From the NCBI RefSeq assembly GCF_030144855.1, contig NC_082734.1:14322001-14386000 (forward strand): a DNA stretch of 64,000 nucleotides. The letters run 5' to 3'. This DNA comes from Hypanus sabinus. Taxonomy: Eukaryota. Position 1 is the stretch's first letter; each line of letters begins with the position of its first letter. The notes under the pieces were generated by a model. The model had not been told where the DNA came from and searched no databases. It saw only the letters and a program-made list of their open reading frames with translations. Position numbers and translations under genes: made by a program. Of the stretch, positions 1-12,862 are shown piece by piece.

Positions 1-141
1 GGTTAACTTTACTTTTGATCTTTATCTGTTCAGATGAAGCAAAAGTATGCAGGACTTCTAGCTGGTCATGGTAAACTGACGTACAGTTGTCTATCCTGTT
101 GAAGTATTCTTAAGCTGCAACATTAATATATTAATATATAT

Positions 142-342
142 CCTCTCACTCTCTCACCCTCATTTTCTCCTCTCCTCCTCTCTCTCCCACATTCTCTCTC
201 CTCTTCCCCTCTCTTCTCTCCCCTCTCTCCTCCTCTCCACCCTCTGCTCCCTCCTCTCCCTCCCCTCTCTTTCTCTCCCCCCTCCCCTGTCTCCCCCTCT
301 GCATCCTCCCTCTCCTCCCTCTCCCCGTCTCCCCCTCTGCAT

Positions 343-376
<34 letters not shown>

Positions 377-410
377 CCCCCTATCCCTCTTTCTTCCCCC
401 CTCACTCTCT
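142..410. repeat. Polypyrimidine/(CT)n low-complexity tract
   Basis: Almost pure C/T on + strand including a (CT)n run; produces the R/E/G-rich spurious ORFs 146-451 and 160-405. Confidence 0.95.
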
Positions 411-937
411 GTCCATAGATGATGGCTGAAATTTCTGAACGTTGCCAGCATTTTCTGCTGTTATTTCAGATGCCATGCTAGTGTTTATCTGAAGAGTAGT
501 TTGTACTGAGGGAGTTCGAGGTCAGGTGGCGGTGTGGGGAGTTAGCCATTTCCAGTTGTTTACGGCATGGTATCTGGTACAATCAGCTTCCTGCTTTTGT
601 CCTGATTTAGCAAGCGCCTGTCTTTCAGTCACTGCCCAGGAACAAGCTGTGGGCAGCATTGTTCCAATACCATACCATCTTCCTGTCTGAAAAGCACAGA
701 AGTCATCAAATACCATGCCAAGAACATGTTCCACTTTGGCCTTTTGGCACCAAGCGTGGAGCAGCAAGGCCGCCTGTAAACCACGGGAGTGGAAGGGTTA
801 ACATATGAGGAGCTCTTGATGGCTCTGGGAGCTGTGTTCGCTGGAGTTTAGAAGAATGAAATGGGATCTCATTTAAACTTACTGAATTTTTAAAGGCCTC
901 GATAGAGTGGACATGGAGAGGATGTTTCCTATAGTGC

Positions 938-1580
938 AAATTGTGTTGCTGTTATGGCAAGGGTTCACATACACCAAACAAATGCAGATTTAAAGGTGAA
1001 ATTTGCAGAAAATAAACAAAATAGGACACATACAGAGAGCATGTTGGCAGACAAAAAAATAAACGGGCCTGCACAGAGAAGAGAAAAGTCAAGTTGCAGT
1101 TTCGTAAAGAGCACTAATCTGTACGCTGTTGAAAAATCTGACAATGATGAGGGTGACACAGGACTGTATAGCCTTGAGGTCTAAAATGTGAAAATTAGCA
1201 ATAGACAAGCAATATGGCTTATGCTAGAAGAAAGCAGAAAATTAATTAGAAATGGAATTAGGCACTGGTTCAGTTGTTTCAGTCAATCCACAAAGTAAGT
1301 TTGAATGGCATTTCAAATCTACAAAACTGAAACCTGCAAAGATCCAACTAAGACCTTACACTGGAGAAACGATAACCCCTTTGGGAATTACATTGGTGGC
1401 AGTGTAATACAACAACCAACAAGCCACATTGAGCTGGTATGTGGTAAAAACAGAAGGAACAGCATTTTAGGATGTGTTTGGTTGAGACATATACAATGTG
1501 ATTGGAGATCCACCCAACATTTGCATGCCATATCTCCTGCAATGAGGCCAATGGAAAGTGAAATAAGAAAGGTACTGGAT
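938..1580 (+). mobile_element. Decayed Ty3/Gypsy (Mag-like) gag-protease fragment
   Basis: Broken translation gives double zinc-knuckle remnants (C..GKGSHTPNKCRFKGEICRK..KIGHIQRAC) followed by protease-like KLIRMELGTGSVVSV..KIQLRPYTGETITPLG (cf. MELDTGS); contains stops and frameshifts. Confidence 0.75.
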
Positions 1581-1639
1581 TTCTCCACAACTGTTTCTAA
1601 GCTGAACACCATAAACCATTGTCCTATAGAGGACAACAG

Positions 1640-1861
1640 GTATTGGTGTCAATCTCTGAGCCTCTGGTTGGAAAGCATTTTGGACCAAGGAAGGACCATG
1701 CTGCTCAGAGGGATTGTGAAACTGATAAAAGCAGCGGTCCAACTGCAACAGTTTTTGTAGGCAACGTGTCTGAGAAAGCTTCTGATATGTTAATCAGGCA
1801 GTTTCTTGTGAAATGTGGCTTGGTTTTAAGCAGGAAGAGAGTTCAACAAGCTTCTGATAAG
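1640..1861 (+). pseudogene. RBM25: RBM25 processed-pseudogene fragment 1 (RRM N-half)
   Basis: VGKHFGPRKDH...GPTATVFVGNVSEKASDMLIRQFLVKCGLVLSRKRVQQASDK closely matches vertebrate RBM25 (GPTTTVFVGNISEKASDMLIRQLLAKCGLVLSWKRVQGASGK, recalled); contiguous, with no intron. Confidence 0.85.
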
Positions 1862-2111
1862 ATGACAATGTGTTCAAACGCAAGGCCTCTCAGGAACTAA
1901 CCAAAGATGTGCTATTCTTTTTAAAAACTATTCTTTAGGATTGTAAGACTACAGTGGACTCCATAAAAATTGGTACAGAAGGGTACAGGGTATCAAAGGA
2001 GCCAGCCCTTGGGTTGGAGAAGGAGAAGCTGGTGCTTGAGACAGAGAAGGAGAAGCTGGCAGACAGGAATGCTGTCTCATTTGACTATATCCGTGTATGG
2101 TTTGAATAACA

Positions 2112-2386
2112 ATTAAATTTGATTTGATTTGATTTTGATTCAGGAAAGTTGCTACTATTGAGAATTTGTGAGCATAAGGAACCAGAATCTGCTCTGCAAG
2201 CATTAAGGTTATTGCATGAACTTCAAATGGGAGACAGAAAACTGCTTGTAAAAGTAGATACAAAGACCAAAACCCAGCTGGATCAATGCAGACATAAGCC
2301 CAGGGCAACCAGAGCAGGCCCACAGCCTCAGACTCAGTTTATCACACAACTTTCCTGAATCAAAATCAAATCAAATCAAATTTAAT
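2112..2386. repeat. Perfect 40-bp inverted repeat (2112-2151 / 2347-2386) enclosing RBM25 fragment 2
   Basis: attaaatttgatttgatttgattttgattcaggaaagttg and its exact reverse complement, with 195 bp between them. Confidence 0.95.
2165..2286 (+). pseudogene. RBM25: RBM25 processed-pseudogene fragment 2 (RRM C-half)
   Basis: CEHKEPESALQALRLLHELQMGDRKLLVKVDTKTKTQLDQ matches RBM25 CEYKEPESTLRALRLLHDLQIGEKKLLVKVDAKTKAQLDE. Confidence 0.85.
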
Positions 2387-2843
2387 CCTTCATGGAGCAC
2401 ACAGACACAAAGCTAGAGCAGGCCCACAGCGTCAGCGCTGCAGAGAGCAGAGCAAACATTGAGGAGCAGCAAGCAGAATCGGCCCGACCCTCGACTCTGG
2501 TCCCGACACCTGGCCTTTTCAATCCATCTGGTTTGGCGTTTAAATCATCCAAACATCGGGTCGTCTCTCGTACTAGAAACTGGACTCTATTGCATTCAAT
2601 ATGGACTGAAGGAGCCAATCAGGTGAGCAGGAAGCAATAAAACTGACCAATAACATAGCTGATTAGTGCCTGGTAAGGAGAAGGACAAAAGTACGACTGG
2701 TGATGAACTTGCAGCTCTTGACTGTTGTCCACGAACTTGAAACCAGGGTTCTGGACTGGATTCGCTGGAGACATTCACAGTTTGGGGATTGAAGAGGTAA
2801 TTGCGCAGATGGCTGCCATGTTGAAGGATCATGCAAGCCACTC

Positions 2844-3150
2844 ATAAGAACATAAGAAATAGGAGCAGGAGTCGGCCAGCTAGCCCGTTGAGCCTGTTCC
2901 GCCATTCGATAAGATCATGGCTGATCTGACCATGGACTCATCTCCACTTATTTGGTTTTTCCCCATAACCCTTAATTCCCCTACTATGCACAAATCTATC
3001 CAACTATGTCTTAAATTAGACTACTGAGGTAGTCTCTTCTGCTTCATTGGGCAGAGAATTCCACAGACTCACAGTTTCTCCTCACCTCTGTCCTAAATTT
3101 ACCCCCTTCCTCCCTGAATCTTGAGGCTGTGTCCCCTAGTCCTAGTCGTG
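2844..3150 (-). mobile_element. CR1-type LINE 3' end fragment
   Basis: cataagaacataagaaataggagcaggagtcggcc tail and ggtgaatctgtggaattc-type motif shared with the other CR1 3' ends in the window. Confidence 0.75.
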
Positions 3151-5098
3151 AGTTGGTTGGAATCTAAGAATTACTTGGACATCAGCTTATCTCAGGATGC
3201 TTTACTTTTGAGTTGTTGGCAGCTAATTCGTGCACGGTGACCTCTCTGCTGAAATTTTGACCTGCTGAGTTTTGAATGTGCTGCTTTGGATTTCCAGCAT
3301 CTGCAGGCTTCCTCGTGTTTACGGTTTATTGTTCCACAGCGAACGGGGGATGCCTACCCCGAAAGAGGTTAAATCTTCTCCTCGACGGGAGCTCAGTGGA
3401 AACTTAGGTTTCTGGGGTGAGGTTTGAACCCACGCCCCCTGATTCAGAGCCATGATTTTTACCCTTCTGAATTAAGCTCCTTCCGTACTCCCAGCCTGCC
3501 AACACGGCAACTGCTCCTTTTAGAGTAAGAGGGCATGGAAACAGATCCTTAAGTAATTTATTACCCTCACCATTTAGTCTCCCCACATTGCCTTCAAGCC
3601 GTCTGGAAGAGGGACAATTTACAGCAATCAATTAAACTATCAGTCCTTTGGGGTAACCAGAGCTCCAGGAGGAAACACACAAAGTCACAGGGAGAAGCTG
3701 CAAACTTCACATAGACGGAATTGAACCTGCGACTGGCCACTCTCACCGGGTCTCTAGTGCCAAGACGCGGATCGCAAGCAGAAAGTGACGGTAAGCCAAA
3801 CCGGTTCTCACTCACCTGTGAGGGAAAAGACCGATTCCGCCGCAGGGTTCGACCTGCAGAGCGATTAGGCTGCCAGTTGGCAGGTTGGACGGTCTGCCCA
3901 CCCTGGGTGCTGCCTGTCACGGTGGTCAGCTGCTGCCACAAGCGAATGGTCCGGCAATCTGTGCAGCAAGCCTTCTATCCAGTCTGAGATCGGGAAGTGG
4001 AGAGCTTCCTGCCATTGTCTAAGGCTATGGAAGGGGAGGGACTTAAAACACCAGGGAAGGTCTTGTTACTGTTGAGTGCAACCGGAGACCCAGAAAGCAG
4101 AGCAGTACGTTGTCCCAATAAAATACCAGAACAGAGAGCAAGCGAGCGCCCAGTACAGGACACAGAGATCTACCCTTTCCTGTTGCTTTCTGATGCCTCT
4201 TTCAGAAGAGCTATCACTTTGCTGTGAGACCTGCTTCCCCTCTGAAATACCATTTAGCCCAGGCACCGTACTGCTGATCTCACTGGCAGGGACGGCATTG
4301 GCAACTGGCCATATTCCAGAAGGAATTACAATGTGAGGCCCACCATTCACCCTGTTCCCGTATTTCTACTCTTCCTTATCCGACTCACTTTTCCACTGGC
4401 TGGCTTTTCCACTCCAATCGGAAAATGGAAAAGTTTTGTAATTGACTGTTGACCTTGCCCTCCCGGCCGATGTATTTTAACCAGTGGTTAAAAAAAGAAT
4501 TGAACAATTGTGCTTATTTTTGTCATCGAGTCATGGGGACAGGCCCTTCAGCCCAACTCATCTGTGCAAACCAGACTTTCTGTGGTAGTCCCATTTGCTT
4601 GTGTTTAGTCCACTTCCCTCTAAGATTTTCCCAGACCCAGATTGGAGGTGAGATCCGGTTTCGCCTGCTCTCCGCAATGTCCTCTCCTCTCTCCAGGGCG
4701 CCAGAGCCCTTCGCTGTTCTGATGTTTGGTCAATTTAAACGCTGGCCCAGATGGTCTGAAAAGACAGGGTGGTGGGATCCAAGGCGTGAGCCAATCTTGC
4801 TTGCTCTCCATGATGGTCACTCCTCTTTCCAAGGCACTGAGGCTATGAAGACTGCCCAGGCTGCTGTGGATGAACTGATAAGAGAGACTCCAGGCCTACT
4901 CTGGGCTGCTCTGGGGTTTCAGATCTCATTTTGGTTTGGAATGTTGTTGTTCATTTCAATCGTTTGCATGGTTTGTGTTTTTTTCTTTCACTTGTGCATT
5001 GGGTGTTTTTATTTTTTTTGTTTAATTGGGTTCTTTCAGGTTTCTTGCTTTGTGGCTGCCTGTAAGCAGACAAATCTCAAGGTTGTATAATTTATACA

Positions 5099-5412
5099 GT
5101 GTTGGCGCGTGGCCTAGTGGATAAGGCATCGGTCTAGTGATCTGAAGGTCACTGGTTCAAGCCTCAGCTGAGGCAGCGCGTTGTATCCTTGAGCAAGGCA
5201 CTTAACAACACATTGCCCTGAGACGTCACCGGTGCCAAGCTGCTTGGGTCCTAGTGCCCTTCTCTTGGACAACATCGGTGGCGTGGAGAGGGGAAGGCTT
5301 GCAGCTTGGGCAACTGCCGGTCTCCCATACAACCCTGCCCAGGCCTGGGCCCTGGAAATTCCAGGCGCAGATCCATAGTCTCACGAGACTAAAGGATGCC
5401 TATTACTATTAT
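5099..5412 (+). mobile_element. tRNA-headed CORE-like SINE with 13-bp TSD
   Basis: A box (tggcctagtgg), B box (ggttcaagcc), CORE-like ccttgagcaaggcacttaac, (TAT)n tail; TSD tataatttataca at 5086-5098 and 5413-5425. Confidence 0.85.
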
Positions 5413-6356
5413 TATAATTTATACATTCTTTGATAGTAAATATACTTTGAATCTTAAATTTTTCCTATACACCTGTCCAACTGTCTTTTAAATGTTGTAA
5501 TCGTATCCGCTTTTACCACTTCCTCTGGCAGCTCGCTCCACATACCCGTCACCCTCCATGTGATTACATCATCCCTCCATTCCCCTTTATATCTCTCTCC
5601 TCCCACCCTAGCTTTACCCTTCTCTACCCTGGGATAGAAACAAACTCACCCTGCCATCTTATTTATGCCCCTCTATAAGGTGACCCCTCAGCCTCCTATG
5701 CTTCAGGGGAACAAAAAGCCCCAGCCTATCCAATCTCTCCTTAAAACTCAGTTCCTACAGCACTGGTAACACCCTTGTGAACTTTTGCTTCCAATAACCA
5801 GGTGACCAGACTTGCCCACAATACTCCGTGTGGTCCCACCAATACCTTGTACGGTCCACTACTACACTTTTACCCCTTCGTGTCTCACTCAATGGTTGTT
5901 GATTCCTGGAGGGCTGGCGATTCCATTTGGATGTGGGGGGTGGGTGGGCTGTCGTGATTTGACTGATCTCTACGTCTTCCAGCTGACTAGTCACCCTCTC
6001 ACCTGATGCAGCGTCTCTGAGGCCAATCATGACAACTCACTGCTCAGACCATGGCAGCCAAACTGAGGCCGGCTCAGGGGTCATACCTGGGCTGCCTTGA
6101 CATATATGTCACCCTTGCCCAGCCATTAGGGTCTCTCTCAGTTTGGGGGAAAGCAGAGATGACAAGAAAGTGTTGGCAATGTCCACAGCAGCCATACAGC
6201 ACTTGGGTTCAATCCTGCTGTTGGTGTGAATTTAATTTAATTTTTATTGAGATACAGCACAGAATGGGCCCCTCTGGCCCTCTTCCAGCCACTCAGCCCA
6301 ACAATCCTCCGATTTAATTCCAGCCTAATCACACAACTGTTTACAGTGACCAGTTA

Positions 6357-6755
6357 GAAGAGTGAGAGGAGATCTTACAGAAACGTATAAAATCATGAAA
6401 AGGATAGATAAGATAGAAGCAGGAAAGTTGTCTCCTCTACAGGTAAGACTAGAACTAGAAGATGTTGCCTCAAGATTCAGGGGAGTAGATTTAGGACGGA
6501 GATGAGGAGGAACTGCTTTTCCTAGAGGGTGGTGAATCTGTGGAATTCTTTGCCCAATGAAGCAGTGGAGGCTACCTCAGTAAATATATTTAAGACAAGG
6601 TTGGATAGATTTTTGATAGTAGGAGATTTAAGGGTTATGGGGAAAAGGCAGTTTAGGTGGAGGTGAGTCCGTGGCCAGATCAGCCATGATCTTATTGAAT
6701 GGCGGAGCAGGCTCAACCTACTGATCTACTTCTGCTCCTATTTCTTATGTTCTTA
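6357..6755 (+). mobile_element. CR1-type LINE 3' end
   Basis: RRVRGDLTETYKIMK-like RT tail and conserved 3' UTR ending ttcttatgttctta. Confidence 0.8.
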
Positions 6756-6764
6756 ACCGACCAG

Positions 6765-7030
6765 CCAGTACATCTTTGGACTGTGGGAGGAAACTAGAGC
6801 ACCTGGAGGAAACCCACGCAGTCATGGGGAGAACGTGCAAATTCCTCACAGGCAGTGGCAGGAATTGAACCTGGGTCACTGGTACTGTACTCACTACCAT
6901 GTTCTCCCTGTGACAGCACGGGGTTGCTCTGGGTGCCCCAGTTTCCTCCCACATACATACTCCTGTATCCCAAAGATGTGCTGTTGCTGGGTTAGTTGGC
7001 CCTCTAAATTGCCCCAATGTGTAGGTGAAG
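6765..7030. mobile_element. Two oppositely oriented V-SINE (HE1-like) fragments
   Basis: V-domain motif ctccc(c)gtgac..cgtgggtttcctcc..gtgctcc.gtttcctccca on both strands. Confidence 0.75.
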
Positions 7031-8934
7031 GGTAGAACAAGAGTCGGTGAGTCATACAGTTAGGAAAGAGGCAAATTGTATGCCAACAGTGTTGTGTAGA
7101 CACTTAAATGCCGTTGATGACTCTGTTTCCACTCACCGTTCTACCACTCTCTGGGCGAGAGAAGCCCCCTCAGATCCCCTCTGAATCTCCAACTCTTTAT
7201 CCTAAACCTCCTGTGTCTCCTCCAGTTTCATCTGCCTGCTATATGGGGGAGTATTTCCTGCAGTCCGCCCTATCTATACCTCTCATAATTTTATACATCA
7301 CAATCACGTCCCCTCTTAACTGCCTCTGCTCCAGTGATAATAGATGCAACTTCAACAGTGTCTCCTCATGACCGAAATACTCCTTCCCAGTGGTGAACCT
7401 CCTCTGGATCCTCTTCGGGGTTAAAGCATAATTTCGGTGGTGCGGTAATGAGGAATCCACACAATCCCCCAGCTGAGCTGATGGGAAGGAGGGGAGAATA
7501 AAATTGGACTGGTGTAAATGGTTGGCATCAACTCGGTGGGCCAAAGGGCCTGTTTTTGTGCTGTATAGCTCTGGCTCATTTCATGAATTAATATATTGAC
7601 GAAGGGCCTTCAAAATTAATCTTTATCTTCTTCAGAGCTCCCCTTATCACCCAGCTTTGTATTTCCTGCACTGTTGAGCCCTGCAAGCCTCTGTGGCTTG
7701 CTACAGAACGTTAATCTCCCAGGTTTCTCGAGCGCCGGTTTACTAACTGCTACCTTAACCAGAACCATTGAGCCCCTGTGCCTTCTGTCTGGTCTTATCA
7801 AGTTAATTGTGACTGGCGCGTGTTTGCTGCATTCTATGATTATGTAAAGCAGTCTCCAATAAGCTCTTTAGCGGAGTCCAACTGAGTTATAGAGAATGAT
7901 TTGTCTCGCGGTGTCCCTCTGAGGCTCTGTTGGTATTCCGAGGCCTCACCACATGTTTCCATCTCTTTGTGGGGACTCTGCTGTCTTCCGCTCCTGGGCC
8001 AGGTCACGAGCCTGCTGTCCACCGCTGCTAGGTTGAGTCCAACCCCAGTGATGATGAAAGCCTGCCGTTCCTCCGCTCTTGGGCCAGTCTTGCGAGTGTG
8101 CACTATGACAGGGACCAGGGAGCTAATGTAAAGTTTAGATGGAACTTTGAATGTTCTGCACTTGGAATAATATGTACAGTCTGTACAGACTCCTCACTGG
8201 CAGAAATGACTCATAAAGATCTGGGGAAAGGACTGACAATCTTGATGAAGATGTTGCTGGAATATCGAAGATGACCCAACAAGGAAGATCAAGGACAATG
8301 GAGATCCTTGCCTTGAAAAGTTTGGAAGTTATGTAAAGCTATTACAGTTTCCATAAGGAAAGTAACTAGACAAAGTAAAAGAGTAAAGTTCAAATTTCAA
8401 AGTGCATTTATTATAAAAGTATGTATACATTACTACTATAATGTTGCACCAACTAATCTGATAAAAGATTTAGGATGAACTTCAATACACAGAGAGCTGT
8501 GAGTGGGGAACGACCTGTCACAGGTAATCTTCAACGTATCCATGTAAGGGAAAGCTTGATGCATACACAAGATAGAAAGCCTTCACCTATCACCTCACTT
8601 CCCCACCTTCTGTCACTCCTCCATCTGCTTATTTCTCCTCCTCACCTGGATTCACCTATCGCTTGCCAGCTCATGTGCACCCTTCCCCCTCCTCTCTTTA
8701 TATTGCCCATCTGTCCTCCATTTTTCAGACCAGGTGAAGGGTCTTGATCTGAAAAGTCACTGGTCCATTTCCTCCACAAATGCTGCCTGACTGTCTATTT
8801 GCAAAATTCTTCCCACTTCCTCTTGCCTCTTTGCTTTACATTTTCCATTGAAAAGTATCTGTTAACACCAAACCTTTGAGCTCTAGTAGCACTAGGGTGT
8901 CTAACTAAAGGCCTGATCTCTGTTAGGCCAATGT

Positions 8935-9468
8935 CACACACACAATATGCTGGAGGAACTCAGCAGGCCAGGCAGCATCTATGGAAAAGAGTCAACAGTC
9001 GACATGTCGGGCTGAGACCCCTCTTCAGGACTGAGAGGGAAGGGGGAAGATGCTGGACCATAGAGGTGGGGGAGGGGAGAAAGCCTAACTAGAAAGTGAT
9101 AGGTGAAGCCAGGTGGGTGGGAAAGGTCAAGGGCTGAAGAAGGAAGAAACTGATAGGAGAGGTGGACCAGAGGAGAAAGAGAAGGAGGAGGGGTCTTGTG
9201 GGGGGGGGAGGGGGGAGTAATAGGCAGATGAGAAGAAGTAAACAGTCAGAGTGGGGAATAGAGGGGGGGGATGAGAGGATTTGTTTACCGGAAGGAGAAA
9301 TCGATATTCATGCCATCAGGTTGGAGGCTACCCAGACGGATTATAAGGTGTTGCTTCTCCAGCTTGAGTGTGTCTTCATCTAGGCACAAGAGAAGGTCAT
9401 GGACCGACATGTCAGAATGGGAATGGGAATCAAAATTAAAATGTTTGGCCACTGGGAAGTCCCTCCTG
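8935..9468 (-). mobile_element. Penelope-like element 3' end (GIY-YIG C-terminus + pLTR)
   Basis: Minus ORF 9285-9494 ends PVAKHFN..HSHSDMSV..LKLEKQHLIIRLGSLQPDGMNIDF, typical of the PLE GIY-YIG endonuclease C-terminus; degenerate hammerhead at 8996-9033. Confidence 0.85.
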
Positions 9469-10139
9469 AGGTCAATGTCAGATCTCCACTGCACTCAGGA
9501 TTCTGGTTTGAGGGTTTAGGCCTGCCAGTATACAGTTTACAGAGTACAGCCTGAAACAAGAAGGTCCTCCCAATCTGGCTGGTAGGATCCATGCACCGCA
9601 GACAACTGATGTGTGGTTCATGCTCAAGATTCATCCTCTCGTGACCTTATGTCACTCTAAGTACCTCCTTATGTTTCAATCTCCATCATGTGACTGGATG
9701 TGTGGTACACTGTCCCAGTTCGCACATGGTCTGTTTATTGCTGGGTGTTTGCCAGCAGACAGTGATCGCCAAGTAACGGTAGGTTTAGCTGGACAATGGG
9801 CACTCTGTACTGGAGTTCTGCACGCACAGACACACAGCCACTCTCAACACGTCCAGCATTCTTTTAAACTCCCCAAGACTTTCTGAAAGGCACCTTAAGA
9901 GTAAGTGCCCACTCCTAGCTATGAACATGACGTTACATAACTGTAAATTGTCAACAACAGCTTTTAAATCCTGATTATCTATGGTGTGTACCGGATAACA
10001 CAGCAAGAGCCCATGGTCTATTCATCTTGGAATGTCTATTTGCAAAACTCATCCCATTTCCTCTTGCCCAATTGCTCTGCGACTGGCTTTCCCCTTTTCT
10101 GCATATTGCTTTGGGAAGCTGCATAGCGCTGAGTATAAA

Positions 10140-10705
10140 AATTTCAGAAATCATGTTGCCGCCATATGAATTTGTGTTTAAACTACATTTGAAGAGTTGT
10201 CTGCAGTTCTGGTCACCAGATTACAGGAAAGATATGGAGACTTTAGAAGTGGTTCATCAGGGTGTCGCCGGGACTACAGATATTAGCTGTAAGGAGAAGT
10301 TTGACGCACTTGGGTTGTTTTCTCAGGAGTACCTGAAACTTGAGGGGACACCTGATGGACAGTTATAAAATTATAGATTCATAGATAAATAGAATATTTC
10401 CCCAGGGTGGAAAAATCTAGAGGGCACAGCTTTAAGTTGAGAGGGGGAACGTTTAAAGGAGATTTATGAAAGCAACTTTTTTTTTACACAAAGAGAGTGG
10501 TAGGTAAGCTAGAATGGGCTGACAGGGGAAATGATAGTGGTGTTTAAGAATCAGAATCAGAACAGCCACTTAGACAAGTACATGAACGTACAGAGAATGG
10601 AGGGATAGGGATCATGTGCAGCAGATGGGGTTAATTTAATTTGCCTTTATGGTCAGTATGGACATTGTGGGCCAAAGGGCCAGCTCCTGGGCTATTGTGT
10701 TCTGA
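10140..10705 (+). mobile_element. CR1-type LINE 3' fragment
   Basis: Degenerate HLKSCLQFWSPDYRKDMETLE..LGLFS motif (cf. HLEYCVQFWSP..KDI..LE). Confidence 0.75.
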
Positions 10706-11195
10706 AAGGTTTAGAGATTAGCTTTATGTAGAGAACTGTGCAGAAATCTTAGGCAATATATATAGTTAGGGTGCCCAAGAATTTTGCATAGTCCTGTAGT
10801 AATTTTATGTACTGTACTGCTGCCATATAAAAATGAACAAATTTCATGACATATGTGAGTGATGATAAACCTGATTCTGATATGGGTCTCTATTGTGGGC
10901 TGAGAGTGGGTAGGGGGCAGGGAGAGAGGGCAATTGTGGTTGGGAAAAGGGGAAGGAGTGGGAAGCGCCAGAGAGACATTCTGTAATGATCAATAAACCA
11001 ATTGTTTATAATCAACTGACCTTGCCTGGTGTCTCAGGGCTGGGTATGTCTGCACCAGTGCCACCCCCTGCCCTTAGCACTGCTTCTCTGCCACGTGTTC
11101 CACAGTCCTCCCGTTGTGCTCCATGCTCACCATTCCCAGCATCCTTTGCTCCCACCAAATTTACAAACTCGCTCTCCACTCCACGTTGACAAATA

Positions 11196-11268
11196 CAGTA
11201 CTGTGTAAAAGTCTTAAGCACCCTAGCGATATATACAGTATGTGCCTAAGACTTTTGCACAGTACTGT
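11196..11268. mobile_element. Short Tc1/mariner-type palindromic MITE (second copy ~10733-10798)
   Basis: TA-cagtactgtgtaaaagtcttaagca...tgcctaagacttttgcacagtactg inverted termini. Confidence 0.7.
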
Positions 11269-11789
11269 GTGTCAGAACACACATTGAAATGTGTCCAAGG
11301 ATGTGTTGGGACAATCCACAAGTGTCTACTTGTTTTCAGTGCCAACATGATATGGCGACAACTTACTAATCCATACATCTTCAGAACGTGGGAGGAAACT
11401 GGAGCATCTGGAGGCAACACATGGCCACGGGGAAAACGTACGAACTCCTTACAGACAGTGTTGCGAAATGAACTATTTTCAGCCATCACTGGCGCAGTAA
11501 AGCATTGCACTAACCACTACGCTACCATGCCGTGCTCTCTACCATACCACTTCCACCAACCTTTTGGGCAGCCCAATGTATATTCTGGCTTAGTTTATCA
11601 AACAGCTTAATTCTGCATCCTCTGGTTTCTGACTGTCCTGCCAGATTTCTGTCTATTGGCCAGAAACTGGGATATTGAACGGCTTTATTACCTGCTTCTA
11701 CACCAACTACAGCTTCTCCAATGTCCTTGGATAACTGAAGTCTTTTATTCCTGGTTTAATTACTCTAGAGTGTAGTCCCTCTAACTTAA

Positions 11790-12862
11790 ACGAGGTTTGC
11801 AGGGGGACAGGAACCAGAGCACCAGAACAGACAGAGGAATGGTTGTGGAGAAAGGTGTTAAGCCTACATACAAGTCAGGTATCAAAAGATCAAGCACGGT
11901 GCATCACGGAGGAAACCAGAGAGTGGTAGTAGATGGTTGCCTCTCTGAGTGGAGGCCTGTGACTAGTGGTCTGCTGGGCACATTGTTGTTTACCATCCAT
12001 ATCAGCGATCTGCATGATATTGTGGTAAACTGGATCAGCAAATTTGCAGATTAGGGATGTAGTGGACAGCGAGGAAGACTACCATGGCTCTGGACCAGCT
12101 GGAAAAATGGGCTGTAAAATGGCGGATGGAATTTAATGCAGACAAGTACGAGGTGTTGCAGTTTGGGAGGACTAACCAGGAGTGGTAGGGCACTGAGGCA
12201 TGTGGGAATACAGGTCCATAGTTCATTGAAAGCAGTGCCACAGGTGGATGGGGCAGAGAGAGCTTTTGGCACATTGGCCTTCCTAAATCAATGTATTGAG
12301 TGCAGGAGACATTGGTGAAGCCTAATTTGGAGAATTGTGTCTAGTTTTCCTGTACCAACAGGAAATTTGGAGAATTGTGTCTAGTTTTCCTGTACCAACA
12401 GGAAATATCTCAGTAAGATTGGAAGAGTGCAGAGAAAATTTACAAAGATGTTTCCAGATCTTGAGGACCTGATTTATAGGGAAAGGTTGAATAGGTTAGG
12501 ACTTTATTCCCTAGAACGTATTGTAGAAGATTGAGGGGAGAGGTATACAAAATTATGAGGAGTACCGATAGGGTAAATGCAAGCAGGCTTTTCCCGCTGA
12601 GGTTGGGTGGGACTAGAACTAGAGGTCATGGATGAAGGGTGAGAGGTGAAATGTTTAATAGGATCATGAGGGGCCATGCAAGTGGTGGGTGTGGGGACAA
12701 TTTCAACATTTAAGAGAAGTTTGCATAGGTACAGGTATGTGGATGAGTGAGGAATGGAGGACTATGGTCCAGGAGCAGGTCAATGGGACTAGACAGATTA
12801 ATTGTTCGGTGCATACTAGATGGGCTGAAGGGCCTTTTTCTGGGCTGCAGTGTTCTATGACT
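11790..12862 (+). mobile_element. CR1 LINE fragment (RT C-terminus + 3' UTR)
   Basis: QRVVVDGCLSEWRPVTSG..LLFTIHISDL..ISKFAD RT motifs; internal 40-bp tandem duplication 12324-12403. Confidence 0.85.

Noticed and set aside
34-70. Possible 37-nt + strand exon (cag|ATGAAG..CATG|gtaaac)
   Set aside because: Splice signals are plausible but no recognisable protein and no partner exon in the window; unsupported
146-451. R/E/G-rich ORFs
   Set aside because: Translation of a (GA)-rich low-complexity tract
4449-5090. 213-aa ORF with hydrophobic C-terminus
   Set aside because: Runs across several repeat fragments; the hydrophobicity comes from a T-rich retroposon tail
5099-5175. Possible tRNA gene
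   Set aside because: tRNA-derived SINE head followed by body, tail and TSD; no clean cloverleaf
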